64,000 bases of DNA from Eledone cirrhosa (Eukaryota): NCBI GenBank assembly GCA_964016885.1, contig OZ024751.1:50220001-50284000 (forward strand). Direction: 5' to 3'. Below are positions 1 through 12,879 of this stretch, in pieces. The notes under the pieces were generated by a model that had not been told where the DNA came from, made no database searches, and saw only the letters and a list, made by a program, of their open reading frames with translations. Made by a program: the position numbers and the translations under genes. Position 1 is the first letter of the stretch. Each line of letters begins with the position of its first letter.

Positions 1-319
1 TAAATAAGTAATAAAATATATTTAATAAACAGCTACGAAATTTAGTAGATAAATTATGTAATATTCATTCATTATTTATTCAAAGTAATCCAACTTATTT
101 TACTAAGGGGATCAAAAATTATAAACCGTACGCAGTCCCGCGCTTCTTACTTTATTATAGTTTAGATTTTTTTTAAAATTGGGATGTTTAATGCTAGAAG
201 GCTTTGGCTAAGGAATGGGCCAAGTAGTTATAGGTGGTTGAAGATTAACAAGGATATAAGCTATGATACTCTTAAGTTTCGTTGGCCAAGAACAAGAAAG
301 TAAAAACTATTTTAAAATA

Positions 320-398
320 TTGGGTTGTAACATAAATTCCCGCCGTTGTTATTATTTGTTTAATAACAAAAACGGTGGGAATTTATGTTATAACCTAA
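320..398. mobile_element. 79-bp palindromic mariner-type MITE (Made1-like architecture)
   Basis: TA|TTGGGTTGTAACATAAATTCCCGCCGTT ... AACGGTGGGAATTTATGTTATAACCTAA|TA. The ~28-bp TIRs differ by 3 transitions, TA flanks both ends, and the TTRGGTTG terminus is typical of mariner TIRs. Confidence 0.75.
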
Positions 399-471
399 TA
401 TATTTATATTACTGAACACCACAAGGATATGGTCCGAACGTGGAAGAGCCGAACTCCCACTGTCATCGCCT

Positions 472-781
472 CTATCTCTCTCGCCCTCCCCATCTCTCTG
501 TATGGTGGGCAAATAGGGTCCCACGTGCTGGCCTCCCCACAGTCCCGGCGGACAGAATGGAGAAGGTGTTTCCCTGGAGGATGATAAGAGAGATGCGCTG
601 GAAGAGCCATTCCAACTCGCGATGCTCACACCTGGCCAGCTCAGCGCCTATGGTGGGGAGTAGGGAGGTATTCCTAGAGCCAAGGACACCAGAAGTCTCC
701 ACTGCCAAGGGCACGATCGCAAACCTGTCGGAGAGCGACCAGTAGTTGGAGAGTTTGGCCTCCTCAGCCCGACGTGTAGCA
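472..781 (-). pseudogene. 3' fragment of a CRE-like non-LTR retrotransposon (restriction-like endonuclease C-terminus)
   Basis: Minus strand reads ATRRAEEAKLSNYWSLSDRFAIVPLAVETSGVLG...LEWLFQRISLIILQGNTFSIL. This matches the (A)E..K..KY...F.P.A.ET.G..G...L.QR.S..IQRGNA.SI pattern of CRE-clade RLE domains. It is a GC-rich island truncated at ~782. Confidence 0.75.
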
Positions 782-1863
782 GATATACCTATATTTCATC
801 TGAGATCAACTGGGGTTAAACAATTACCACAAATTAACAACCGTAGCCACAAGCCCTTTTGATGCATTCCCCTTTGATTTCGATAATATATATTCACTTA
901 TTTGGCCAGCTAAACATTTGACTCATTCAATTCTTAAACCAATAGAAATTAGTATTGGTGCTCTGAAATAGCGATGTATATATGAATGTATGTATAGTAT
1001 ATTTGATAATATACGTTATGTTTATTTAAAAACATTTAGAAGACCAATCTCTATGAATTTTAAAGTAGTGACTACGTGATGTACTTCGTCTTGGCAAAAA
1101 CAAAGCGGAGTAATGGACGTTAGTACCGTTTCTCACTTGTAAGTGGTTGTCAAGACTACACACCCCTTCGCTTCTGCCGAAATAAACATACAGTATATTA
1201 TCAAATATACTATACGTACATTTTTAAACCAACGTATTTCAACTAACAAAGCGATAGTGTCAGATTATGATACACGATTTAGTAGAGTTGTTTCTTCAGT
1301 TCAATAGACAAAGTGTCAATTTGCTTGTGTGTGTGAGTATGTGTGTGTGCGTGCGTATGTGTGTAAGTGTGTGTGTAAGTATGTATGTAAGTGTGTGTGT
1401 ATGTATGTTATCGCTTTATTCTTTATTATCATTTTCCACTTACCCACAACGCAACGAACGAAAGCAACAAGGACCGTTTCCCTCATGATTTCAAACACTC
1501 TCAGCAAAACACAACCGATCGGAAAGTTAGATTCTCTGTCGCCCTACGGCAATTGAATTTACCAAACATTGCTATTTGAAATGTTGTCCTAATCATACAC
1601 GCATTTACTTCTATTACTTTTTTGGCTAGTAACACAGCTAGAAATAGAAACATTATTACAAGATTATGGAGAATATAAATTATGAATAAAATGATTTATT
1701 GCTCTTTCCTTTATATTCATTTTCATTTCATTGTTATTAATATTTTTATTACAAGCAATCCAAGCATAATAATAATCTTGACTTGGTCATCTGTTGTTCA
1801 ATACTGTCTCAAAGAGTTCAAATAAATAGGTTCCTGGATGGATTTGGAATCGAAATATTCTAC

Positions 1864-1906
<43 letters not shown>

Positions 1907-2101
1907 TATTTTCCGTTGTGTTGTAATATAAATATTACACACAGTAGATTATCAGCTCACGTAGAGTTTGCTCGACGGTTCCAGTTGTAGTTCCAAAAGT
2001 AATCCGGAGAAAAATAGAAAGATTTGAATGGATACAGTTTAGTTGAAAGGAATTTATTGACACGTGTTTCTATAGGCATTCTTACTCAATTGACACGTGT
2101 T

Positions 2102-2394
2102 TCTATAGGCATTCTTACTCAATAAAACACCAGAGCCAAAGAAATGTAACAACTTTAGCAGAAAAAGCTTGGACGCTCAGGGATAGCGATCAAAAGTTTA
2201 CCCTAAAATGGGAGAAATTAGCTAAAACCCAAAGCTTTTCCAGGAGCCAAAATTTCTGCAAATTGTGTAATCTTGATATTTATTACATAATCACACACAA
2301 GAAGAAACTGCTGAATAACAGAATTGAACGAACATTATTCTGCCGTCACAAAACTAAAACCCTTTTTTCCCACTACAAGCCGAATATTACATAA
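2102..2394 (+). pseudogene. PLE (Neptune) GIY-YIG endonuclease, C-terminal half
   Basis: Reads YRHSYSIKHQSQRNVTTLAEKAWTLRDSDQKFTLKWEKLAKTQSFSRSQNFCKLCNLDIYYIITHKKKLLNNRIERTLFCRHKTKTLFSHYKPNIT*. It is colinear with the ORF at 35863-36267. Confidence 0.85.
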
Positions 2395-3267
2395 AAGAGG
2401 GACATCCCCCAACTATATAAACCTTAATCTAGTTAGAAAAATATAAAAACAATCTCTTCTCAACATATATTAATAACCTTAAATTACCACACTAATAATG
2501 GAAAGATATGCTAATGAGAATAGGTGCAAATATGCGATAATGAATGTGTCTAAAAACGTCCATAAGTATGTATATATATGTGAAAATGTATATAAATAAG
2601 TAAATATATATATATGTTTGATGTGTATAGTTAGATGTAAGTGTATTCATGTATTAAAGTGCTTATATATATATATATATATGTATAATATATATATATA
2701 TATGTATGTATATATGTGTATATAGATGTGTATGTATGTGTATGTGTGTACACATGGACTAGAGTATGTATGTATATATGTGTGTGTCTATACGTGTGTA
2801 TATAAAGATAAGTTGAGTATGAAAATGTATACACATGAGCGCGTATGTATGTACATGAATACATGTGTGTATATATATGTGTATGCATGTGTATATATAT
2901 GTAAGTATGAATATGTGAATTGTGAGTATATGTATTTTGTAGAGGTGTGCAAATATATTTGTGTGTGAATGCGTGGGTGAAAGGATACGTACACTTGAAA
3001 GAAAAATTTAAGTCTGAATGTTAATTAAGTGCAAACACAAAACCAACCACGCATATCTTTACTATCTCTAATCCTTCTATAGATTTAGAAAAATAACCAA
3101 TAATATATTCTATAAAAAATGTCAAAACAACAGATGGGAATCTAATTACTCACTGCCACCAAGAATTCTCACTGCTATCGAAAAACCACTCCTTCAACTA
3201 TTCTTCTAACAACTTCACCCCTCCCTCCTAATATTCTCTATAAAAACTAAATAGGTCCTCAGTAATA

Positions 3268-3387
3268 TTATTCTGATGAAATGACAGTAAATAATAACAT
3301 TGAAATATTGAATGTCTGCATAACTAAAAGTTTGTAGATAGCAGCTGTTTTAGGTTATGTAACTGTTATAGAAACACGTGTCAATAA
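3268..3387 (+). ncRNA. type I minimal hammerhead ribozyme (GUC cleavage site)
   Basis: ttatt-CTGATGA-a-atgacagt...actgttat-a-GAAAC-acgt-GTC-aataa. Stem I is ttatt/aataa, stem II is 8 bp with a long loop, and stem III is the palindrome ACACGTGT. Confidence 0.85.
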
Positions 3388-3419
3388 ATTCCTTTCAACT
3401 AAACTGTATCCATTCAAAT

Positions 3420-3495
<76 letters not shown>

Positions 3496-3616
3496 CGAAG
3501 GAGTTGTGGTAAGGAACCAGATGGACCATAACGCACCAGAATACTCAATGTAGTAGGGTAGTAGAGTGGGTATATATATGCATGCATGTATGTATGTATA
3601 TACATACATGCATATA

Positions 3617-3701
<85 letters not shown>

Positions 3702-3794
3702 GCATATAAGCTGTATTGATATAACCCTAACGCAAAGACGTAAAGTGTGTAGACGCATAAATTACACGGCACTCGATATTACTTTAGGTTTACC

Positions 3795-3891
<97 letters not shown>

Positions 3892-5959
3892 CTGTGTGTG
3901 TGTCTGTGTCTGTATATATATATATATATATACAAAACGTGCTACCTTAGGTTTCATTGAACCTTATTAAGAAGCCGTGACCAGCTCACCCTTCTCCAGG
4001 CACTCATCCATCCTTGATCGTAACAATAAAATTGTTACAGCTAATATAAATGGATATGAAAATATTCCTGGCTTATTAGTATTCGAAATCTTTTCTTTCC
4101 GTATACTTCCTCAACAATAAATCATTATTAATTGAAAAACGAACAAGTCTTCTGGAAAACAAAGCTATAGTCTTGATTTCAAAATAAAATTGTTTCATGC
4201 TTTTGAAATAATCATGTTTTATTAGTTCCTAAACGTGTTATTCTGCCCGTCAAGTAAAAAAAAAATGTGAATTTTGACAGGGTGGTTTGAGCATCGAATA
4301 TCATGCCTTTCAGTATTCCTTAAAACCTTCCTCACTCTGAGTTCAAATCCGGCCGAAACTACCTTTGCCTTTCATCCTTTCGTTAGACGTTAGATAAAGT
4401 TGTCTGTATATATTGTACGCTAAAATGACTCTGCAGTTATATTAGCTATTCCTGGAACCTCTAATAACACGAAAATAACTTCGCAACACGAGTAATTTTA
4501 AAATGGTATTACTGAATTATTTGTACGTAGTCTAAGTTTAGCGGTTCAAACCCATGAATAATCTGACGGGCAATTTATTCGGTCGGAAGTGGATATGTTC
4601 TTGGGAAAAGTCATTGTCAAGTCTAACGTAGGTTAGCAGTTAAATGTTCAGAAACTATTAATATATTCGCCCACTTCGATATTTACTCGCTGTTCTATTT
4701 AGTTGACTTAACAAAACCTCTTACTCGGTATTCAGAGCTATTGATTTATCCAGAGCGTAGCACTTACGTTGTGTTGCCTTTTCATAATAAGATATTTACT
4801 GCTTTTGAAGATGATCGGCAGTTATTTAATTGCAAATATTTTAGCTGTGGTCTTACAAACTGTTTCGTGTTTGCAATTAAATTTGGACAATATTATTTGT
4901 GATTTGTGAGGCATGCACAGTTATTTGGACAGCTTCGCCATATGTGGTTAGATCAAAGAGGAACATAACAAAATGTATTCTTAAAATTTGCCCCTAACTT
5001 TTTATAAATAATATATAACGATATTTATGAATGTTCAGCTGAATTTATCTGGATTTTTAAAGGTCGTCATAACCTAAACCCTCCTATTTAATTCTACTAA
5101 AAAAGTTGTCCGAACCTTTTAAAACATTTATCATCTCGTTTTATGGGTTGTATCGCTTATTATTCCAGGTGGGTAGAACGGTGGAGTGGCAGAGTCGATA
5201 GAGCTTCGAACAAATGTATAGCAATATTTCATTAGCTCTCTATGTTCTATGTTAAAATCCCATTGATGTTAACTTTGTCTTTCATCCTCCTACTACTGTT
5301 GATAAAATAAAGTAACATCAGATACTGGGATCAATGTGGTCCGCTTTCCCCTCCACCAAAGTTTCTGACTTTATGGTTTTGTCAGAATCCATTAATCCCT
5401 GTGGTTTAATAGTTTCTTTGAAATAATAAGTCAACCAGTGACTTAAAACACCTATTAAGAAGATTAAGGCTACAATAGTCGTACGTTTTACATTTACTAT
5501 CAAAAGAGAGGACACAGCAACCTTTCTAATGTTGGTAACATGATATGAAACACTCGTTACATTTGGTAAAGTTGTTGACGATAGGAAGAGCATTCAGCCG
5601 TAGAAAACATTTATAAAACGAAAGGTAGAAAGAGCTCTTCAGTTCTTGTCAAAGATATGATGACCTCTCTAGAGCTGGTGGCATGATTCTACGACATTTC
5701 ACATTCTATAGAGTGTAGAAACAAAGGTCAGCAAGAAGGACCCCGGCCCATCTGAGAGGTCAGTGGCTCTAATTAAGAACTAGCTTTGTCTGTGACAAAA
5801 TGTCCAACTCCTTTTAGCAGGGAAAATAGATTAAATCACAAACATACGCAGTCACACACACACACACATACACACATATATGTGCGTGTGTGCGTGTGCG
5901 GGCGTGTGTGTGTGTGTATGTGTGTGTGTGTATGTGCGTGCGTGTATGTATGTGTGTAT

Positions 5960-6080
5960 CCAAAGTTCAATCGGGGATAACCACAGTAAGGTACTCAATA
6001 ATAGCGGAGTATAATTGTTTAATATAGAAAATGGCTTCTGCGGCACTAGAACTGTTTCATTCGAAGGAAATCATCAGGAA
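5960..6080 (-). mobile_element. PLE pLTR-like fragment, family B, with degenerate hammerhead (6036-6080)
   Basis: Similar to 20235-20345 and 51060-51192. Minus strand reads ttc-CTGATGA-tttccttcgaat-GAAAC-agttctagtgcc-GCA-gaa, with the cleavage triplet mutated. Confidence 0.6.
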
Positions 6081-6095
6081 ATATATACATTATAC

Positions 6096-6172
<77 letters not shown>

Positions 6173-6314
6173 AGTGTGTATGTGTGTGTGTGTGTGCATG
6201 AGTATCATCACCATATATATATATATATGTGTGTGGTGATGATATTCATGCACATACACACACACACACATATATATATATATAGTGAAAGAATTTCCTC
6301 CGAAAGCATTAGAC

Positions 6315-6403
6315 GTGTCCGACGAGCCCGCAGGTCCAGAGTCAGACAAGATCCATGCAATGATCGTGTCTCGAGCTGTCCGCCGGCGAAACAATTGTAA
6401 CAC
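6315..6403 (+). ncRNA. minimal hammerhead-like motif (core variant CCGACGA, GUA site)
   Basis: gtgt-CCGACGA-gcc...ggc-GAAAC-aatt-GTA-acac, followed by AATAAA. Stem III is the palindrome ACAATTGT. Confidence 0.6.
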
Positions 6404-6448
6404 ACAATAAATTGATTTCAGATGCATGACTGATTATTCGTTTTATAC

Positions 6449-6529
<81 letters not shown>

Positions 6530-6549
6530 TTGTATGGAAATATTTACTA

Positions 6550-6630
<81 letters not shown>

Positions 6631-7099
6631 TGAGTATGTGTATATATGTTTATAGATACTCTTTTGCTGTAAGTGATAATATAATAAATAAGATAAGCTA
6701 AGATAATATAATAATATCATCAGAAAATTTATTTATGCAGGATTTGTCGTTATGGGAAACATTTATTTGTTGTGTTCCGTTTGAAGCTGTATCTCTTTCA
6801 TCTGGCTAGCAATGGTAAAAGGGACAGCGTAAAAGGGTATTTATCAAGCCGTACGATATGACAAGATATGGCAGCCGATGCACAAGAGGAAAATAATATT
6901 CAAGCTGAGGATAATTCACAGAAATATGGTTATTTTTAGTAACTACGTTTATTGCACTTGCTGTTGAAGAGCCAAAGAGAGGGGCAGATATGGTGATGGG
7001 GAGAGAGACGGGGATGGAAGAAAAGGAGAGAGATGAGATAGCAGACGTTAGAGAGTGTGAAAGAGCAGACGATAGAGAGTGATAGAGTAGGTGTTAGAA

Positions 7100-7475
7100 A
7101 GAGAGAAGAGGCGGACAAAAAAACAGAGCAGTCTTTAGAGAGGGGGAGACATAGAGACAGGGCAGACTTTAGAGAGGGGGATATAGAGATAGAGCAGACT
7201 TTAGAGAGGTGGATATAGAGAGAGAGCATGCTTTAGAGAGGGGGCATAGAGACAGCGCAAGCTTTAGAGAGGGGGATATATAGAGAGAGCAGGCTTTAGA
7301 GGGGGTATAGAGAGAGAGAGAGAGCAGGCTTTAGAGAGACAGGATATAGAGACTGTGTAGACTTTAGAGAGGGGGATATAGAGACAGGGTAGACTTTAGA
7401 GAGGGTGATATATAGAGAGAGAGCAGGCTTTAGAGAGGGCGATATAGAGACAGAGCAGACTTTAGAGAGAGAGAG
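7100..7475. repeat. purine-rich ~34-bp minisatellite
   Basis: About 10 copies of CTTTAGAGAGGGGGATATAGAGA(C/G)AGAGCAG(A/G). Confidence 0.8.
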
Positions 7476-7908
7476 GGGGTGGAACATAGAGGTAGAGAGA
7501 AAAAACAAAGAGAGAGATGGAAAGCGAGAGACAGTCATAGAAATAGAGAGAGGGGCGAGGGGGGGGGGAGAAATAGTACAAAGGAATACAGGTGTGAGAG
7601 AGAATGAAAAAGAAGGAGAAAGAGATAGAGAGATAGTGAGAAATATATTGTGAAGTACAAAAAAATCAATATTTTTCTGATGACTCGTGATTTAAAGACT
7701 GGCAGAACAGCAATCTAGTATCTAGCTAGTGTTAGTGGAATGCTCAGAAAGAATAAATGGAAGTATGTTGTGTATATCTAACCATCTGTTTCTCTATATC
7801 TATCTATCTTTCTGTTTGTCTGTCTATCTATCTGGGAGTCAAATCATCAATCTATCTATCTATCTATCTGTTTGTATCTATGTATCTATCTGGGAATGCG
7901 CAAGTCAA

Positions 7909-7978
<70 letters not shown>

Positions 7979-8057
7979 TCTCTCTCTCTCTGTATATATA
8001 TGTGTGTGTGTGCGTATGTGTGTGTGTGTATAAATCAGAATAGATGGGTCCCAATCC

Positions 8058-8092
<35 letters not shown>

Positions 8093-8265
8093 ATACTTTG
8101 GGAGGGTCATGTTGCCAATTTCAGATAAAGAATCTTGCTAAACAAATTCAGAAACGAAATATATATATATATATATATATAATGGAAAAATTTGAACAGG
8201 GACAAAACAGAGAGGCAGTACAACGAATGTTTATTAATTTCACGCTCTGGAGAGTGGGGTGTTGG

Positions 8266-8306
8266 TGGGGGACGACGTTTCGGGCATAAGCCCTTCCTCA
8301 GGTGGG
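8266..8306 (-). ncRNA. minimal hammerhead-like motif, stem I damaged
   Basis: Minus strand reads CTGAGGA-a-gggc-ttat-gccc-GAAACGTC. The core and stem II are intact but stem I pairs poorly. AATAAA lies downstream. Confidence 0.5.
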
Positions 8307-8329
8307 AAGTATATATATGAGGGATAAGT

Positions 8330-8623
8330 TGGGGTGTGTAGGAGTGAAGGTTGAGATGGTATGGTCATGTGATGCGCATGGAGGATGACCGCTGGGTAAA
8401 GAAGTGCCAAGAAATCCCAGTAGAAGGAAGACACAGTAGAGGTAGACCATGAAAAACATGGGCGTAGGTGGTGAGAGCAGACCTCAGATTGCTGAAACTC
8501 ACCGAGGAGATGACGAAGGACCGTGACAAGTGGAGAAATGATGTGCTGAATAGAACCCGTCCAACTCTTGCAAGCAGGGAAAAGCGAACGTAAAATGATG
8601 ATGATGATGATGATGATGATGAT
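8330..8623 (+). mobile_element. RTE-clade LINE 3' fragment with (TGA)n tail
   Basis: Reads RLRWYGHVMRMEDDRWVKKCQEIPVEGRHSRGRP*KTWA*VVRADLRLLKLTEEMTKDRDKWR, the RTE C-terminal motif, with in-frame stops. It ends in an ATG/TGA repeat tail. Confidence 0.85.
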
Positions 8624-8672
8624 AAGTATCTATCATTCTATCTATCTATCCTCCTATTTATCAATCTAACTA

Positions 8673-9065
8673 CGAAGGCAATCCCAAAAGTAAGGTCTCC
8701 TTCCGATATTGCAACTTTTCCGTTAAAATCCTTTGGATGGTGCTTCGGGAAACCTCAGGAACCAAAATGCAGAGAGCATCCAGAGTGATCCCCCCATCTT
8801 TACGCATGTTTTCCTCGGAAGGAGACCTTACTTTTGGGATTGCCCTCTATATAATAACTGCGCGAAATTTGCACTTGGCGGTAGCGTTCAATGGGAGCTG
8901 CATTCCCAACGGCTGCCAAGCCAAGATTGAGCATCCCAGCGAAGCGCGCGCATGCTTGTTTGGGAGTGAAGGAAGCACCAATCACAACAGTGTTGCCAAC
9001 AGCCATACGAACAGTTTCTCTGCATCCACATCGCTTTGGAGACCTTACTTTTGGGATTACCCTCG
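8673..9065. mobile_element. non-autonomous Tc1/mariner element (MITE) with an extra internal TIR
   Basis: TA|CGAAGGCAATCCCAAAAGTAAGGTCTCC ... GGAGACCTTACTTTTGGGATTACCCTCG|TA gives 28-bp TIRs and a TA TSD. A second right-TIR copy is at 8821-8848. Confidence 0.85.
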
Positions 9066-9329
9066 TATATATATACATATATATATATATCCCGAGAAAC
9101 GAAAGAGGGTTTGGAAAGGAGCAAACATTGACAATAGATATATATAGATATATTTGTGTGTGTATGTTGTGAGTGTGCGCCTTTGAGTACTTGTGTGTGT
9201 ATGTTGTGAGTGTGCACCTTTGACTTGTATGTGTATCTAGATTTCTACATGTGTGTACCTTAGGTACACATTATAAGATATATTGATATATAATCCTAGA
9301 TTGAGTGTGTGTGTGTGAACAAGGGCTTA

Positions 9330-9800
9330 TGTGTATGTGCATATGTGTATATACATAAGTGTATGTGAATGTCCATATGTGCCTGTGTATATGCATATGT
9401 GTATATATGCATATGTGTATATATGCATATGTATATGTGTATTTAAATATGTGTATGTGTGTATTTTTATATGTGCTTGTGTATGTACATGTGTGTATAT
9501 ATGCATATGTATATGTGTATTTAAATATGTGTATGTGTGTATTTTTACATGTGCTTGTGTATGTACATGTGTATATATGCATATGTATATGTGTATTTAA
9601 ATATGTGTGTGTGTGTAGTTTTATATGTGCTTGTGTATGTTCATATGGGTATATATGCATATGTATATGTATATTTAAATATATATATGTGTATGTGCAT
9701 ATGTGTATGTGTATTTTTATATGTGCTTGTGTATGTGCATATGTGTATATATGCATATGTGTATTTATATTTGCATATGGGTATGCGCATATGTGAGTAT
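9330..9800. repeat. compound AT/GT minisatellite (~60-65 bp period)
   Basis: Recurring TATTTAAATATGTG...TTTTTATATGTGCTTGTGTATG blocks. Confidence 0.7.
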
Positions 9801-10304
9801 ATGTAAATATATATGTGAAGCAAGCCTCTAATTGTTGTCTCTGATACCATTTACATAGCTGATTATAGGACGGAAAGAAGCTATTCCATTGTCTGATGTA
9901 TAATGACCCTGTCTAATTATCCGAGATGTTGGATATCTCTAGCTTCCTGACTTGTTAGTTATCATGTGATTTGATCTTGATCAAATACCTATAACATAGA
10001 TGTCTGATTCTGTTCAGTTCTACTCTCTTCTGTTACAGTCTATTGCAGACTCTGTTTTCTTGTGTATTGCTCTGTATTCTGATATATTTGATTAAAAGGT
10101 GTGTATGGATATTCATCCTCTTTTTTTTTTTCATTATCATCTCACTGGTTTGAAATATACTTGATTATAGAAATGCTATCTTGGCAAAGATACTGTGCTG
10201 CCATTTTCATTTCAAGACATTCACACCAACAAATAGCTGGAATAAATACATTACATTGTTTGTTGTTGTTCCTGTTGTTGTTGTTGTTGTTGTTGTTATC
10301 AATG

Positions 10305-10510
10305 AAGGACGGCAGTGAATTAGTAGTATCGGTAGAGCGCCGGACAACATGCTTAGTAACATATAGTTACAGCCCTTTATATTCTGAGTTCAAATCCTGC
10401 CGAGGTTAACTTTGTCTTTTGTCCTTACATGGTCGATAAAATAAAGAACTATTAAAGCACTGGGGTCGATTTAATCGACTTTCCCTTCTCTCCAAATTGC
10501 TGGCCTTGTA
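10305..10510 (+). mobile_element. tRNA-derived SINE family A, long variant
   Basis: A-box-like head, GAGTTCAAATCC B box, core similar to CTTTGCCTTTCATCC...GGTCGATAAAATAAAG, and a GTCGATTTAATCGAC hairpin segment. Confidence 0.8.
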
Positions 10511-10681
10511 TGGTAATTCAATAAGTATGCCTCAATAACTAGGCACTCATACATAATTCTCAACAGCTGAGTCCATAATAATTTTATTTATTATTTCTAC
10601 TAATATTAGGAGGGTAAAGGGTTGTGCACTGGCACTACCATCTCCCCAAATTGAAGCCTTATAGAAATCGTTATTATTATT

Positions 10682-10869
10682 AATTGTTTCTACTTCAGGC
10701 ACAAGGCCAGCAATTACCCAGTGCATTACTGGTACTTTATTTTATCGACCCCGTAAGGATGAAAGGCAAAGTCAACCTCGGCGGGATTTGAACTCAGATC
10801 GTAAAGGGACGTAACTATGCTGGAAAGCATGGCGTCCGACCCTCCACCGATACTGCCAATCCACCGCCC
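10682..10869 (-). mobile_element. SINE family A, short young variant
   Basis: Near-identical to 18743-18930 (inverted) and 41656-41837. Confidence 0.9.
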
Positions 10870-10884
10870 TTTATTATTATTAAT

Positions 10885-11064
10885 GCGGGGGATTGGCAGT
10901 ATCGGTAGAAGGTCAGACGCCATGCTTTGCAGCATAGAGTTATGCCCCTTTATAGTCTGAGTTCAAATCCCGCAGATGTTCACTTTGCCTTTCATCCTTA
11001 CGGGGTCGATACAATAAAGTACCAGTAATGCACTGGGATAATTGTGCCAAAAGTAGAAACAATT
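10885..11064 (+). mobile_element. SINE family A, short variant
   Basis: GGATTGGCAGTATCGGTAGA...GAGTTCAAATCCCG...GCCTTTCATCCTTACGGGGTCGA...GTAGAAACAATT. Confidence 0.9.
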
Positions 11065-11167
11065 ATTAATAATTTTTATCTCTAGACCAACCCTCATTAA
11101 GCAGACCTATAATCTGTGTTGTTCAAAGTATGACCATCTTATTCACATCCTATATGTCTTGCTCCTT

Positions 11168-11448
11168 TTAACTCTTTACCATTCACATTACTCTATAAAT
11201 ACTATTATCCCGCCGAGGTTGACTTTGCCTATCATCCTTACGGGGTCGATAAAATAAAGTACCAGTAATGCACTGGGTAATTGCTGGCCTTACCTCACGT
11301 AATATCTCAAATAATATCGAATCTATGAGATTTTGAAAGTATTTATTTTGAGAACAATACCTTAACATCAGTTTGAGCGAGAAGTTACAGTGTAGTTTCA
11401 ACAGAAAGAGGTAGAGAATTCTGGTTAGTTTGAACATTAAAGGGTTAA
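11168..11448. mobile_element. degenerate TTAA-flanked MITE (piggyBac-like ends) interrupted by a SINE A fragment (11205-11292)
   Basis: TTAA-CTCTTTACCATTC ... GAACATTAAAGGG-TTAA form imperfect TIRs. Confidence 0.4.
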
Positions 11449-12879
11449 AACAATTGGCTCTGATTGGAGAATGATTCAGTTGTTAATTCTAGTCAGTTAA
11501 GAGATTAGAAGCCTCTCCACCCATACTTGCTGGCTCAAATACTATATATTTCTAACAATAAATTCATATCAGTATCATTAATAAGTTTATATCCACATCA
11601 TCTAATTATATATCTAGTAAAGACTCAAGTAATCTAGAGTATAAAAATAGATATAAAACAACAATAAAACAATGAACAAGAGTTGAAAGTGGATGTAATT
11701 AAACTATGAAGGAATAGACCAAAAGAAACCATTGTTTCAGACAGTTGTTCTTTGCCGAGATAGAAGAATATAAAATAAGAGAGAAAGTATAGAAGGCGTT
11801 ATAGGAAAGTTGGGTCAGAGATGAAGCAAGAAAGTAACAGAGACTGAGTAGAGTGTTGAGCTGCTTCCCAACAAAGAAGAGCAAGCATTAGATGAAGGAA
11901 ATAAAGCCTGATAAGCATGAAATAAGTATTGTGAAGTATGTAAAGTGTGTGTGATATATATATGTTAATGGGCTTATGTACATATGAATATGGGGTGGTG
12001 GAGAATACATGGTCAAGTGTGTGCACATGGTATGTGTGTATGTGTTTGTGTGTGTATGTGAGTGGGTGTGTGTATGTGTGTCTCTGTCTGTGTGTGAATG
12101 ATATTTTAGACATAATCTGTCCGAATTTACATTATGTAATTTATCTTTCATTTTAGGATGAAATTGGAGAGAAATATGGTGGCTATCCTTAGCATTTAGA
12201 GCAAACACATAAGAGCTCTGACAGTAATGATGGTTGTGGTTAACACTGTATCAACACTGATACAAATGGCCGAAACTTAAAGGAGTTCCAACCATGACCA
12301 ACTTATTTTGTTTTCTTTATATCAGACATGTCATAGCTGATGATACATTATAAAACAGTTTTTTGGTGGGTTTCACCTTTATTCTTTTCTTCCTTTCTTC
12401 TCTTAGTAATTTAGATTGAGATACCAGTTATGATGTGAGGTAGATATAACTGCTATTTCTAGGAACTCAACTGACTGTGAAGAATATTATTTGCTGGTTC
12501 AAGATGCTGTGGTAATTTCTACAGAATGGACAATTCAATTGACTGTTCACTCCTTTGTATGTATGTATGTATGTATGTATGTTTTCTCTTAATTTCGAGT
12601 ATATTTTTTTGACCGGCCACCTTCCTGGTGGCAAGGTTGTAAAAGAAAAGAAATTGTCATCCCTTGAATCGCAAGAATGTATGTATGTATGTATGTATGT
12701 ATGTATGTATGTATGTATGTATGTATGTATGTATGTATGTATGGTCCTGTAACTCCTGATAGAGTTGTAGAGGCACCGTATTGACATACTGCAGAGCCCA
12801 TCCCTCCCAAGCCTGGGTACAGCAGACTTTTTCCAAAGAAAAATAGAAAGTGAGACAGAGGAAATGAGAAAGATATATA

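Larger units (their letters stand above)
1945..3423 (+). mobile_element. 5'-truncated Penelope-like element (Neptune type) with inverted pLTR fragment
   Basis: Contains a GIY-YIG C-terminal coding remnant (2102-2394), a hammerhead (3268-3387) overlapping AATAAA, and a perfect 57-bp inverted repeat (2018-2074 vs 3367-3423). (TA)n tracts lie on both sides. Confidence 0.85.

Noticed and set aside
1108-1165. Minus-strand hammerhead-like arrangement (cactt/aagtg-GAAAC-g-GTA)
   Set aside because: The core reads TTGACAA rather than CTGANGA and is too degenerate.
4430-4830. Possible decayed mariner transposase (YSP-like motif near 4665)
   Set aside because: Similarity is too weak and interrupted to support by eye.
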